Shown here one piece after another: positions 39,569-54,000 of a stretch of DNA of 64,000 bases (positions are counted from its first letter, which is position 1; the number at the start of each line of letters is the position of its first letter). Below the pieces are notes generated by a model. That model ran no database searches and had not been told where the DNA came from. It saw only the letters and a list, made by a program, of their open reading frames with translations. The stretch comes from Eledone cirrhosa (Eukaryota): contig OZ024747.1 of the NCBI GenBank assembly GCA_964016885.1, forward strand, positions 83,576,001 through 83,640,000. The letters are read 5' to 3'. A program made the position numbers and the translations under genes.

Positions 39569-40208
39569 GTATATATATATAGCGCACCAGTCTTATATAT
39601 ATATATAGCGATAGCCCTAATATCTTGTGATTCATAATAGAAGTGTATAAGAAGGTATAAACGATATGTTTATATATAATAAACATATAAAAGTCTCACG
39701 ATGGGTATTTTAAACTGTGAACATGTCACAGCTGCCTCAATAGCTCAGTGAAGTAGCTCTGACGATCACAATTTAAAACACCCATGGCAAAACTTATATA
39801 TGTCTATTATACATAAAATTAAAATCAAAAACATATAACATATATCACTTATCAAAATAAATCACAATTCAAGAATCATAGTTAAAAAATATGGTATCAG
39901 TTGTATTAAAAGTTATTTGGAAGAGTTGGAATTTATACAGTTTATCACTTTTAATACAATTTATTTTGATAAGTGATATATGTTATAGGTTCCTTCTTCA
40001 GTGATTTGTACTGATATTGAATTAATTGTTTTGGATTTTAATTAAACTCTGATGACACCTATAGTCTATGCTAACTAATAGCAAATTGTTAAATAAAATA
40101 ATTTGTTATCTGTGGTATATTACTGTGAGAAGGAACAATTGTCAGTAACTTAATGTCTTAAACTGTTAATTTTGGTTTATAAGCATGTTGTAACTCTATA
40201 TGTATGTG

Positions 40209-40260
<52 letters not shown>

Positions 40261-40262
40261 TA

Positions 40263-40834
40263 AAAAAATAATGAATAAAACAATGAAACAGTTCCTTATA
40301 TTAAACAAAAAAAGTTCATTATTTAACGATCGTTTCTAGGATATATATGTGTTAGAATTGGCATGCATATTCAACAGATCTATGTCCTTAGAAGGTATTG
40401 GTATGTTCTTTAAAGAGGTTCCCAAATATTGTTTTTCCATTGTGATATGGATGATGGACAATTGAAAGAGCTCAACTAAATGTATATGGGTTTACAAAAT
40501 CATACATATATATGTATATACATAAATATAAAATTAATACACACATACAGTACAAAAATACGAATATTTCCGTGAAAATAGGAGCAAATATGTATGATTT
40601 TGTAAACCCATATACATTTAGTTGAGCTCTTTCAATTGTCCATCATCCATATCACAATGGAAAAACAATATTTGGGAACCTCTTTAAAGAACATACCAAT
40701 ACCTTCTAAGGACATAGATCTGTTGAATATGCATGCCAATTCTAACACATATATATCCTAGAAACGATCGTTAAATAATGAACTTTTTTTGTTTAATATA
40801 AGGAACTGTTTCATTGTTTTATTCATTATTTTTT
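40263..40834. repeat. Perfect inverted repeat, 247-bp arms and 78-bp spacer (probable Penelope-like element end, ~40254-40980)
   Basis: 40263-40509 is the reverse complement of 40588-40834 by manual comparison; the unit is bracketed by (TA)n tracts. Confidence 0.9.
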
Positions 40835-41485
40835 AAATATCTTATCTTGACTCTGTATTCCGTTTATCTTTCACCGAAAGTGATTTTTCATTGCATCTCT
40901 TCTTTCCATGATATCCGGATTACATTGAGTTCTTCATACGGATTGGACACTACCGTAAACTCTTGGTAGATTTATCTACATATATATATATATATATATA
41001 TATATGATAGATTTTATTGAAGATCCTCTCTCTCTAGTTAAGTGTGTAATAAGGAGATGAGTGTAAAAGAGTGTTATTGTTATATAATTACTGAATCATA
41101 TATTCATGTATTTATCTAGGCTTCTTGCTTCCTGTCATTTGATAAGCAGAGTTGCAAGTGTTTTGGATACACAGGGATGGTTTCACAATGTCCTTCTTCC
41201 TCCCACTCCTTCTTTCCGGTTCCAACACCACTATCACCACCTCCAACCGCCACTACAACCCTCAGACAAGTAATTGGCGCACCTCCTTACTAAAATATGC
41301 TTTAAGCCAAAGTAGATAAACCAGTCTCCAATTTGTTTACCACTCTAAAACTGTAAACACTTTATTGTAATTGTGGCTTTAAAAAACAGCCCTGACCTAT
41401 TCAAAATCTGGAGCAGTTTCAATTGAAAGCCATTTTATGTGTTAGTCTCTGGATATATATAGAGAAGTTTTACTTTTTGAAATTT

Positions 41486-41700
41486 TCATCATCATCATTA
41501 TTTTTACATCTGCTTTTCCCTGCTAGTATGGACTAGACAAATCCTTTCCAGCGTAGCATATCTCTACTTGTCACTGTGTAATTCACTTTCTTGAGATCAG
41601 CATCCATCACCTCTGCCCACATCTTTCTTCTCTCTTAACTTCATTCTACTTGGAACTTTTAACACTTCTTCACCCAATCAACAGTCATCATCTAAATTTA
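41486..41700 (-). mobile_element. Decayed RTE 3' fragment
   Basis: catcatcat...tttacatctgcttttccctgct tail and similarity to 38050-38270. Confidence 0.7.
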
Positions 41701-44700
41701 CTTCTTCAAAATCGTGATTTATTATTTGTCTCCTCCCCTTCACCCCCCCCCCCCCCACTCCATCTTCTTCCTTTTATCATGATGGTGATGATAGTGATAG
41801 GTGGCAGGATATATAGTTGTGATGAGTTGGCTGCCTGTCGGTCTGTTATCAAAAACACAATGTATAATGCTGCAATATAGTCAGCCTTGCAGCATAGTGC
41901 CAAGACATGGCTTTTATATGCTAAAGACATGAACAGTTGCCAGCAGTACTCAGTGGATTATGTGCACTGACTCGGTTCATATACACTACATATGTTATTG
42001 CACTCTGCATGCATACATGACTGTGCATATTACACACTGCATGGATATTGTCTTTTGCAGGCATATTGTACTCTATATGCCAAAAAATGGTTGAGAGATC
42101 TCTCCAGTCACACTAAAGGTACACCAACTTCTATAGTGCTGGAACTATGATAAAATCCACCCAGTACACAGTGTAGAATGGTTAGCACTAGAAATAGCGT
42201 CCAGCTGTAGAAATCATGCCAAAACTAGAAGTGAGACGTGGCTACCAGTTCATCTAGGAGTTCAGTAGTTCCAACTAAGAACCAACTTGGTCTGTAACAT
42301 CCTATCCAGCCCATGCCAGTATGGAAAAGCAGATATGGCTACCAATTGGGTGAAAGGCAACAGCTGAAGAATGAGGTATTCCACCATAAATAGGGACTAA
42401 AATCACAAGCACCATATTTAGTTATGGTTATGTTGCATTTGGTGTTTGAACTGCCTCAGTGCTTTAGAGATACTTACCAAGATGGAACAGTCATGTAATC
42501 AGAAGTGATTCTTTAGTCTTTGCTTTTCTCATGTCTTCAATTCTCTCTCCCTTCTTTTTACACGTATTGTCTATTTTTCTGGCTGTAGCTGGAATCTCAG
42601 GAATTAGTTCACAGATCATATATGTAAAGATATGGTGAATAAAATATATTTTCAACCTAGTTTTGATTTCCCAGCTACAATTTTACATAATCCCTTTGAT
42701 TCCAATCTGCCTGAAATCAACTCTGGTTTTATGATGCAAAACTGCTCATTTTAAATTGTTCATATTTATATTAAAAGCTTCTTTTAGGTAGAAATTTCTG
42801 TTAAATAATGTTTCAAATAGCAGCTTGCTAATGAAAATGTTATTTTATTAAATTTCTCCAAAAATGTTTGTATTATTTCCAAAATTATTTGAAACATATA
42901 GGCAGTGTATTTCATTAGAAATGTGGTGACAAAACAGTTTAAAATTTATTCAATAAAACAGATTTTCAACCTATTTTTGATTTCCCAGCTACAGCAATTT
43001 TACTTTACCATGTTGGTACCAAACTGCCCAGAACTGCTCCTGGTTCTATATGAAATTTATTTGCCTTAAAATGTTTATACTTATTTTAAAATCTTTTTAT
43101 TATAATTTTATGTAAGAATCTTTGAAATGTCATAAAAACCAGCTTAATAACGAGAAAGTTATATTACTAAATCTCTCCGAGTTCTTGATTATTTTCAAAA
43201 TGATTTGAAAATCACAGGTAGTGTTTTTCATTAGAAATATTGTAATGTAAGGGTTAAAATATGTTCAATAAAACTTGTTTTCAACCTAGTTTTACTTATG
43301 TCAATATAAGATATAAAAACAATGAAAAGATTTATCATCATGCTTATTATTGTTGATTTTACTTTTATCCTATTTTCTTTTTTACTTAAAGTATATTTAT
43401 TTAATAATGTTTTGATGCAACCATTTTGATACCAAACCACATGAACTGGTTCCTGTGTCTACAATACAAAACTATTTTAAAGTGTTTATATTTATCTAAA
43501 ACCCTTGTATCATAATTCTATGTAAGAACATTAGTTAAATTACACTTCAAACACCAACTTAATAATAAGAAAGTTAGTTATATTACTTAAGTTAAATATA
43601 TTATGAAATCCCTTCAAATTCTTCATTATCTTCAAGATTAACTGAGCCTTTGAATTGTGTATTTCTTTAAACATGTTATGAAAGGGTTAATATATGCCAG
43701 TGATTCTTTGCCCCCTTTTTAGTTCCATGCCCCACCATACCACCTACAAAAATGTGACCAACTCCTCATGTAAAACATGTTTGGTCTTCATAAGATAAAT
43801 TGTAACATTTAGAAATTTAACACCAAAGAAAAAAAGATGTTCAAATTTCCTCCCCTAAATATTCAAATTGCCTTGTATGGCAGGTGTACCCTGTGTGGCA
43901 TGTGTGCCCTGATGTTTGGAACCACTGCTATAATATATTCTTCGAAGAAGTGAAATGATCGTTATTATAATTGTTAAATTAATGATACAATTATTTTACT
44001 CTTTGATGTCTGTCATCATTAAAATGGGTTCACACTTCTTCCCTATTTTTATTTTTTTACAGTTTATAATATTTATTATTAATTTGGCAGTTTCCACCAA
44101 GAGGAACATGTACTTTATTAGCTTTCTTTTATGCCATGTGGATGGTTTGATAGTGATGATGATAATGATAATGATGATGATGATGGTGGTGGTGATTATA
44201 GTAGTGGTACTGATGGAAGTGGTGATGATAATGATAATGATGTTAATAATAATGATAATTAAGGATAATATAACAGGAAATATACTTTAAGTATCTTCCC
44301 ATTGAAGCAGGGAGTTTCCTGCTTTGTGTTTTTCTTATGTAAAAGTTTTTTTTTATGAATTAGCTGCTCAATACTTCTGTGTCTTTCATTGGGTTTATTC
44401 ATTTGTAAAAGCTAACTGTTGTTTTCTTTTTTACAATCTAGCTTCAATAATGTTAACTATTCATCATGCTATAGTGTGTGGAATATTTCCTATTTCCTAC
44501 TCAGAGTATACTTCAAGGTCCTCATGGTCTAATTATCTTGCTTAGATTATTTCAGCATTCACTTCTGTTTACTTTAAACTTTTGGTCAGACATGATAAAG
44601 CCCCTAGATAGTTCTGTGCTCACCTAAATAATTCAAATTTCATTTATGTTTCGTAGTCCTTCTGACACATTTCTGATGCAGATTTATGCTTTTTTTGCAG

Positions 44701-46144
44701 GGATTTTGAGGTGGGGATGGAGGGGGGGGGGGGGGGGGGGGTCTGCAAGAAGTTACCATTTAAAATTTTTAACAAGACCTTTGAAAAGTTAGTGTAGTTA
44801 GGGTGGGCTCTTGTCCAGGCCAAGGCAACAAAGTCTCTTCCTCACTTCTCAGTCCACCATTACCATCTTTAGTTCCAGGTCAGTATCTTGTTTCAGGTTG
44901 TCAATGTATGTGGCATGACATCCACCATACTTACCTACTGCATGCCATAGACTCCACAGTGTCAACTTTGATGCTTCTCCTTCTATATCTCATACACAAT
45001 GTCCTTATAGATGAAATTGATATCTTTTAGTCTTCCATCTTACCTTTTGGTGTTTTCTGTACAGGCATTCCTTTCTCACATGTTGCTACCATCTCACATC
45101 AAGGGTCACATGTAGCACCCTTCGAAAGTAGCCATCAAAACTATTTTCTGTTCAATAAGATTCAAAAAGCCGGTCAATGCGGTAGAAATATGTAAAGGGC
45201 AAATGATGATAAATAAAACAAAACAATGTTTTATCCATTACATTTGAACATATTTCATGTTTTGAACCATTTCTGCTTCACATTTGAATAGCCCCAGAGT
45301 AATAACCCTGAAATATCATGTTGAAATATCTTGGGTAAAATGTTACTTTGTTTTGTTTGTCATCCTTTGCCCTTTATATATTTCTACTGCTTAGCCCCAG
45401 CCATATTGAAACTTATTGATCTTTTATTACATATCTCACAATGCTTTGTATTAACTATACTATTTTCTGTTCATTTCATGAGTGCCCATGTCTTGCTGCC
45501 TGCTATACAAGAACACTGATTCAACAACCTTATCTTTGTTCAAAGAATAGTCTTATCTATATTCCTCTTGGCAGTCTTGACTTTCAGATTTTCTACAGTT
45601 TATAGTGCTTTGTCCATACCTGAGCATTCCTGATTTTGATATTAATATCGAATCTACTCACCCAATCTCTTAGCTACCTGATATCTTCGGCTTTATGCCA
45701 TTCATTGTTCTCACTTCAACTTCAACATTCCCCAAACCAGTTTGTTTGACTCATACATCAGCATATCTTTTTTTATTTTTATTTTAAAAAGTATAATGTA
45801 TCCAGCTAAATATAACCAATATTGTTTATTGGTAAGTGTAGTGGTAATAATTCATTTACAGAAGCTATGATGCTAAATTGTATGTCTTATTTTGAGTACA
45901 AATCTCTCTAGGGTTGATTTTACCTTTAATCTTTTAGGATACCAAATCCCATTTGATTCTGTGATACTAAGCTGTTTATTTTAAAATGTTTATATTTATC
46001 TATGTAAATTATTTTGTTAAGTTATGTTCTAAACACCAGCTTAATAATGAGAAAGGTATATTACTAAATAGTCTTAAAATGCAATATATAAAAAAACAGC
46101 AATATTTAATCATAGAGTTGTCCCTGAAGAGTTCATTTTCATTT

Positions 46145-46471
46145 CATTTTACATCTGCCTTTTCCCTGCTTGCAAGGGTGGGATGGGAACTGATTCTGGC
46201 TTGATTTTTACAGCTGGATGCCCTTCCTAACACCAACCTCATTTACAGTGAGTGCTGGGTGCTTTTTTGCCGTGGCGCCTACACGACCACTTTGCAGTGG
46301 AATGATATGGACCCCAGTCCCTATCATCTCATTTCTACAGCTGAGTAAACTGGAGCAATGTGAAATAAAGTGTCTTGCTCAAGGAAACACCACATCACCC
46401 GGTCTGAGAATTGAACTCACAACTTTTCGATTGCAAGGCCAATGCTCTAACCACTAAGCCATGTGCCTCCA
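46145..46471 (-). mobile_element. Full-length CORE-type SINE family B (tRNA head, CORE, RTE tail)
   Basis: Reverse complement: A-box tggcttagtgg, B-box gagttcaattc, CORE ccttgagcaagacact, tail cccaccc-ttgcaagcagggaaaag; closely similar to 37505-37764. Confidence 0.9.
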
Positions 46472-46821
46472 TGATAGATAAAATGCATTACAGATAATCA
46501 TTTGTTAATATATTAGCTATAGACAAGGGAAATTAATTTCTAGTGTAGTACAAGATAATATAAACATATTTGTGGTCTCTATTATATTCTGGTAGACATT
46601 AGTTGCAGAAAAGATACTTAGGAAACTAAATAACATTCATTGCTAAATTCATTTCAAATCTGGTGTAAAATGGTTGGTGTTAGGAAGAGCATCCAACTGT
46701 AGAAAGCTCGCCAAATAAGGGGTTGGGAAGACCCTTTAGTTTGTCTCAAAAGTCATGCAAACTCCTCATCCACTCTAGGAGGTCAGTAGCCCCACTTCAC
46801 GCACACACACACACACACATA

Positions 46822-46910
46822 CAGTGAAACCTCAGTTCGTGAACGCCTCTCATCATGAACAAATTGGTTCATGAACAATTTTTTCAGACATAAAATGTCT
46901 AAGTTCAACA
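46822..46910. mobile_element. pogo/Tigger-like MITE terminus (partial)
   Basis: TA|CAGTGAAACCTC terminus followed by repeated tgaac motifs; second end not identified. Confidence 0.4.
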
Positions 46911-47724
46911 GTGAGGAGCATCTATAACAAAGGTAATAATATAACTCTATTTGTATACAGAGAGTTATATGATTGCAAAGACACAACAACTTCTCCTCTG
47001 CACTCGATAAGACTGTATGTAAGCGTGATACAGGCCCCTCGGTATGTCTAGGAGGTCAGCAACTCTGGTTCAGTATTGACTTGGTCTATGTAGATGTGTC
47101 CAACCCTTGCTAGCAGGAGAAGCAGACATTCAAATGTTGATGATGATGCTATATATATATGTGAAAGCTCATGGCCTAGAGGTTAGGGTGTTGGACTCAT
47201 GATCATGATCATCAGGTCATAGATTTGTGTTGTGTTCTTGAGCAAGATGTCTTATTTCACATTACTTTTCATGATATAACTATGGTTCCTATCATTAAAG
47301 TACCCAAGACTATTTTGAGATACATTCTCATAGGAGGTGAGCTAAACCTACATAAGTGTGAGCTGTAAATATCATTTTATTTTATTTTCATTTTCTTTGT
47401 TAGTAACTGTATAGTTTCTATGTTTACAGAAGTTTTAATACTCTACCTTTCTACAGACCTGGGTGTTAAAGTGAGCAACTTGATACTTTTTATGGTGAAA
47501 ATTAGCTAGAGATAGAGTTATGTGTTATTAGTTGTATTGCATCTACTAATATATGACATTAATAAGGTAGACCTTTGACAGGTTACAGTGACTTGATCAC
47601 TGAATAATCAGTTATCACTATCTGATTTAGTTTAATACCAATAAATTGTTGTTACAGCTCACACCTTTGTAGCTTTTGTTGGCCTCCTACAATGTTGCAT
47701 CATATGGGAGGTTTCTTGGGTATT

Positions 47725-48764
47725 TTAATCCTTTTGATACAAAACTGCCTAAAACTGTTGGTTTTATGATAAGAAACCGTTTATTTTAAAGTGATTTATT
47801 TAACTAAAAACCCATCATCATAATTTTTATGTCAGAATCTTTAAGCTATATTCCAAATACCAATTTAACTCTTAATGTTCTAACTCCACATCAAATCACA
47901 GTAGGAAGATATTCTTGAAAAGTATGAAATAGGTTTATTACAGTATCACATTCAAAGTTGAAGTCTTTATTCTAATACTGCAATTTTTAACAACAATCTG
48001 TCCACTAGTAAAGATACTATAAACATTTGAATTAACAAATGTATTTTTAAAGATATTTTCTTCTAAAATAGTACAGGATGTTAAGAGATAATAAGAAAGT
48101 TATTTATATTACTAAATCTCTTCATATCCTTCATTATTTTCAAAATTATTTGCAGTATCGGTAGAGGGTCGGACGCCATGCTTTGACGCATAGAGTTACG
48201 GCCCTTGCCATTCTGAGTTCAAATCCAGCCGAGGTTAACTTTGCCTTTTATCCTTACGGGGTCGATAAAATAAAGTACCAGTAATGTACTGGGTCATTTC
48301 TGGCCTTGTGCCAATAGTAGAAAAATTTATTTTCAAAATTATTTGAAAATCGTTGGTAATGTCGTTTATTAGAAACTAGCAGAATGGCCCGGCGTTGCTC
48401 GGGATTTGCTCTAGGGTTCTTATATATTTGATATATATTTATCCTTATCGAGCCTCGTGAAATAAATACGTTTGTTTATATTTTGTTATTGTGTATGCAA
48501 AAATATCTGTACACGAATATATAATTATATATATATATATATATAAATGGAATAAAATGAAACAAAATTTCATTTCTCACTCTTAGTACAGCACTTACTT
48601 AAATGTAAGTATGTATGTATACGTACATATATGTATACAGACGTACAGTAGTATGTATATATATACATACATGCATATATATATGTGTGCATGTATGTAT
48701 ATATATATACATACTACTGTACGTCTGTATACATATATGTATGTACATATACATACATACTTAC

Positions 48765-48801
<37 letters not shown>

Positions 48802-48916
48802 TAACAGATTAAAATTTAAGCAAAGAATCGCTGCTTTCACCCTTAACGGGATCTTCTGAAACTAAAAAAATCAATCTGTGAACGCAGAAGTAAATATTTC
48901 GAAAAACGTTACACAC

Positions 48917-49004
<88 letters not shown>

Positions 49005-49304
49005 GCGACGTCATAATGTTGTAATGCAGACAGTCAGATATACAGACAGATACTATAAGGGCACAACGTTATATCTATGTATTTATCTAAGAATTATAGA
49101 GAGAGATCGCTAAATCGCCTAATGCGGTCCCTAGGGCATTGACAATTTGAAATTTGTTTTGTTCAAAACACTCACAGGACCATAAGTATTACATGTGTAA
49201 AGTTTGAAAACAATCGGTTGGGTGGTTCCCGAGTTTTAGGGAGTCAGACAGACAGACAGACATTCTCTGTTTTAGATATATAGATATGGTAGCAAAAGGG
49301 TTAA
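47725..49304. mobile_element. Family 1 MITE carrying three nested insertions
   Basis: Host termini ttaatccttttgatac ... aaaagggttaa. Inserts: second TTAA MITE ~47869-48087, SINE A 48153-48326 (19-bp TSD), Helitron 48376-49284. Confidence 0.8.
48376..49284 (-). mobile_element. Non-autonomous Helitron
   Basis: Minus strand begins TCTATATATC with (TGTC)n near the 5' end and ends cccgagcaacgccgggccattctgCTAG. Removing it restores ttagaaa|tatggt of the host MITE with no TSD. Confidence 0.9.
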
Positions 49305-50729
49305 TTATAGGGGCCCCAGTCCTATCCTGTTGTTTTATGCTCATTATTCAAAGACATTAACTGGTAATATCTCATCTGCCAGGCCCAGTATTTTCAGATT
49401 TAAACCAAATGTTTCATCCAAAGTTTTCTTTGTTTCACCACTAGTCTCTCTGTGTGTACGTACGTGTACATACCGACATGCAGCAGTTTTCACCATGCAT
49501 GCATCAACCTTTTCCATTAAGCAGTAATGTTTTCAAACTGTTATTCTTGTTTTAAATTTCATGGTAAACTATTCCTTAGGGTAAAGAGAAAAGTGCATGC
49601 GGTGAGGAGGGGGGAACAGTGTACTAACTAGAAATTTAACTCTTATCATTTTGTAAGGATTTCACAGAAAATATCTAAAATCGACTTGTCATTTCAAATG
49701 TTCATGGTATCTTTACCTGTCAACAGATTGTTGTGAAAATTTGCAGTATTAAGACTAATGACTTTAACTTTTATGTGATGCAGTCATAGTGCTGTTTTGT
49801 ACTTTCCAAGAATATCTTGCTAATCCAGTTTATGTCTTTCAAGGACATTAAGGGTTAGAGTTGATTGCAGATTTTATTTATCAGGCGCCTACTACTGTTT
49901 CATTACACCTGTCACATTTTCACCTGAAATACTAAAATTGATAGACTTTTACTTCAGTCTTTAGACTGCAGCCATACTGGGGCACCACCACCTTGAAGCA
50001 ATTTAGTTTATCATATTGACCCCAGTACTTACTTTATCAATTGATTTTTTTGTAGAACTGATAGGTTGTAATCTAGCCCCCCCCCCCCATAGATAGAGAT
50101 AGAGATTGAGCCACAGACACACGCAGACAGATGCAGACACACAGAGACTCACACAGACATAGATATAATACAAGAAGGAAAATGAGACCTAAAACGATCA
50201 TCTATATGATGGGTTTCTGTACTTTCTACTAAATTTCACTTACAAACCATTCTGTAGTCTTCTTGGGTTTCTGTATCTCAGCTGCGTTTCATTTACACAG
50301 AAAGTGTGCTACCAAGAAGGGGCCACAAACAGTTAACATTCATGCATGTTTCACTATTGTAATATAGCCTCTTTTAAATAATGGCCCTCTGTAACTGGGA
50401 GAGTTGAAGTTTTAATATTGCAGATACTCCATACACTGCTGATAGTGTGCTTATATATATTTTTATATGTGTCAAAAACTTGTTGGGTGGTTGGGAGGAC
50501 CTAATACCAGTGACCAACACATTACAGTAATGGCACATTTGTATAATTCTTAGAAACAATTAGAAAAAAGCTGTAATGTTTTGGATATTAAACCTTCATA
50601 TGAAGGTGAATACCAAGAGAAGATGTAGATGTTTTGGAGACATACATCAGAAAAAGGAAGGCACACACATATGCACGCACATACACACACACATTAAAGA
50701 AGCTTCCTAATAAAAATTAAAGATGTTTG

Positions 50730-51030
50730 GCCTATTGTGACCTCATATTCATGCACTGTCCCTGAGTGACTTGATGTTCAATTTCCAGGAAATTGGCTGG
50801 GTCATCAAAGCCCACAAGAATGGCCAGCAAGAAGCCCGAACTTAATACCTTGTGATTTTTTCCTATGGGGGGTGGGCAAAAAAGAAAGAAGTTTATAGCT
50901 CAAAAACTCTGACTCAATTGGAGGAACACATTTGTCATGTACCGCCTGAGTTCCTGATGAAGTCAGTTGAGGATGTAACCAGACGATTACAAACACTGGT
51001 GGATAAAGCTGGTGCCTGTGTAGGATTATA
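50730..51030 (+). pseudogene. Tc1/mariner-superfamily transposase relic
   Basis: WLGHQSPQEWPARSPNLIPCDFFLWG, matching the WP.RSPDL.P.DFFLWG motif. Confidence 0.8.
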
Positions 51031-54000
51031 ACACTCTACTGTATTTCTACCATTATACTGATCAAAATAAAACATGTTTTATGAGAATTGATCAATAATT
51101 AATAAAGTTATTAACAATTTTAAATACCAAGTTTCATTCCACCCACATATATGTGTGTACACACACACATACACACATAAATATACACATCACTTTACAG
51201 AGTGTACTAGGTGCATTGTATTGTGGAACCAGCACTGCTACTATGCTGTGTATATTGTTTTATTTAAAAAGTGTGTCCCTATGGGAAAGTAGCTCTTTCA
51301 ATATGCATCATATCTTCTTTGAGGTCAACCTGACCTTAGATGTGATATGCTGTATATAGAAACAGTTTGAATCCAAAGCTGTAGTGAAACTGTTTCTTTT
51401 TAACCAGACACAGACACAATATTACTGTATTATACCTAACATATCCTTCTCTATGATGATAGTGTGAATTGATGGAAATTTGGCTACAATTACATGTAGG
51501 ATGGATTTGGCTGTCAATTGAGTCTATAATAAAACAGATGTGCCATCTTTCTTAGGCAGGGAAGTATAGCTAGTCCTACAATGCCTGGTGGCTGTGGTGA
51601 AGACATAGTGGACACTTTAACCCTTTCTTTCATTATCGCATTTCTTATAAGATACACTGCAGTGGAATTAAGGAAGAATTTGGAAGGGTTTACTAAAATT
51701 AGTGGATTGGCAGTATTGATAGAGGGTTGGATGCAGCAAAGAGTTATGACCCTTTATGGTCTGAGTTCAAATCCCGCTGAGGTTAACTTTGCCTTTCATC
51801 CTTACGGGGTTGATAAAATAAAGTACTAGTAATACACTGGGATAATTGCTGGCTCTGTGCCAAAAGTAGAAACAATTATTAAGATGGCATATGCATCATA
51901 ACTTATGGTTCTTATATAAAATAATGTTGAAAGATTTAAATTTACATAGGAACACTTTAAAACAGGTGTTTTTTTTTCCATATGACTAGATGTGGTTTTG
52001 CTCCACCCTGCCAAATCAATATTGGTGATCCCTGTCATTGAGGACTTTTTTTTGTCATCTTGTGTTGTTTTTCGTCTCTGTACTGTTTTCAGTATTTTGG
52101 GACCTTGTGGCCAATAAAAGAAGAGTGGATTGGTAAAGATGATGGATTGATGAAGTCATTAGAGTAGAAGATAAAATACATTGCAGTATATACTGAATAA
52201 AAAACCCCACTTTGGTCAGTTTTGTCTTTTATCCTTCTGGAGGTTGATAAAATGAAGTATCAGTGAAATACTGGGGTCAACTTAATTAGCTCACCCTCAC
52301 ATCACATTCCTGGCCTTGTGTTTATGTTAGAAATAAACCACTGTATTAATAGAATTGTTAAAGTATCAGACAAAATGGTTTGCTGTATTTAGTTAAGTAC
52401 TTTAATATGAGTTCAGATCCAGACAAGGTTGATTCTTCTTTTCTCCGTTCCAGAGTTGACAAAATAAAGTACTAGTACCAGTCACATACTGGGATAAATT
52501 TACTCAACTATATCTCTCTTCTTCCAATTATTCCTGAGTGGGACATAAGGGCAGTCCTCAGACATGCTTTTTAGAGGGTCCTACTAGAAGCAGCTGTTTT
52601 CAAATGGACCCCCAAGTGAGACTAATGAAGCTTATGGGTGTTATCCAACCATCTTGCTCCTGGTCTACCTATGGGTCTCTTGCCAGTTGATTTTGCCTGT
52701 AAAATCTGTTCAGCAATTCTTTCCTAACTACATGCCCATAACTGGAGAAGTAGCAGCTCTACCTAGAGCAATGCCGTGATTCCTGAGCTACACACCCTAT
52801 TAAGTAACATTACTCCAAAGATCTTTTGGAGGAACCTCATTTCGGCTGCTTGTATTTGTGATCATATTTTTTCAGTCATTCTCTAAGATTCATGGCCATA
52901 GGTAAGGGTTAGCACAAATACTGAACTGAAGATAAAAAAGTTTGGCTTTTACACCTGCCTCCCTTCTGATGACTCAGTGTTGAAACTGGCACATTACTGC
53001 ACCAACTTATCATCATTACCGGCAGTGGATTGGCAACATAGTGTTATGGCCCTTTATGTTCTGAGTTCAAATCCCACCAAGGTTAGCTTTGCCTTTCATC
53101 CTTACGGGGTCAATAAAATAAAGCACTGGTAATGCACTGGGGTAATTGCTGGCCTTGTGCCAAAAGTAGAAACAATTATTACTATCTATCTCTTTTATAT
53201 TGTTATCATAGTTATTATAATAATCAAGGATTTTTTAATCGACTTTTCCCCTCCCTTTAAATTGCTGGCCTTGTGCCAAAAGTAGAAACCATTATTATCA
53301 TTACCAGCATCATTTTTCATGTCTAATGTCAATGTTCTAACCAGCCTAGTAACTTAATTTTTTTCTTTTCATGAAAGCTATAGGAGATATAGAAGGCTTC
53401 CATTTGTTTTCTTTTCCTTTTTACTTTATCTTTTATACTGACATACAATCATGCACACAGTCTCTCACATTCTCTCTCTCTCTCTCTCTCTCACTCACAC
53501 ACTTATATATAAGGTCTACACATTCACCACTCTATATGCTCTCACACACATACATATAAATAGTGGTACACCAAGCCACACACATACCAGCACCAAACAC
53601 ATTTTCACATTCACAGCACCCTACACACACACACACACCTATTACATATGTATGCATCTTCACACACACACACACACAGGCAGTCATTCATTCAGTCAGT
53701 CAGTCAGACTGACTGACTTATTCTGCCTTCACCTCTCCCTTTCTCTGCTCATGTTTTAGCCAAGGTAGCAAATAGTGGAAGATATATACCTAAGACAGAA
53801 GGTGGGGTGAGAAGAGATATTTTGTAGTAAAGCACTGAATTTTAACCCTTCCATGACTGGGTTTCTTTCTCCTGAAATACATTGTATTTCAATTAGCCAA
53901 GGAAGAATTTGGAAGGATTTGCTAAAATTATCATTTCATTATTAAGGTGATATTTATAACAGAAAGTTCTCATATGAAAGGTTGAAAGATTTTTAATTTA

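Noticed and set aside
45120-45300. Possible mariner 3' remnant
   Set aside because: Too degraded to support by eye.
47457-47470. Possible 14-nt microexon (ctttctacag|acctgggtgttaaa|gtgagc)
   Set aside because: Weak donor context, not frame-preserving, and another AG lies close upstream; expected by chance.
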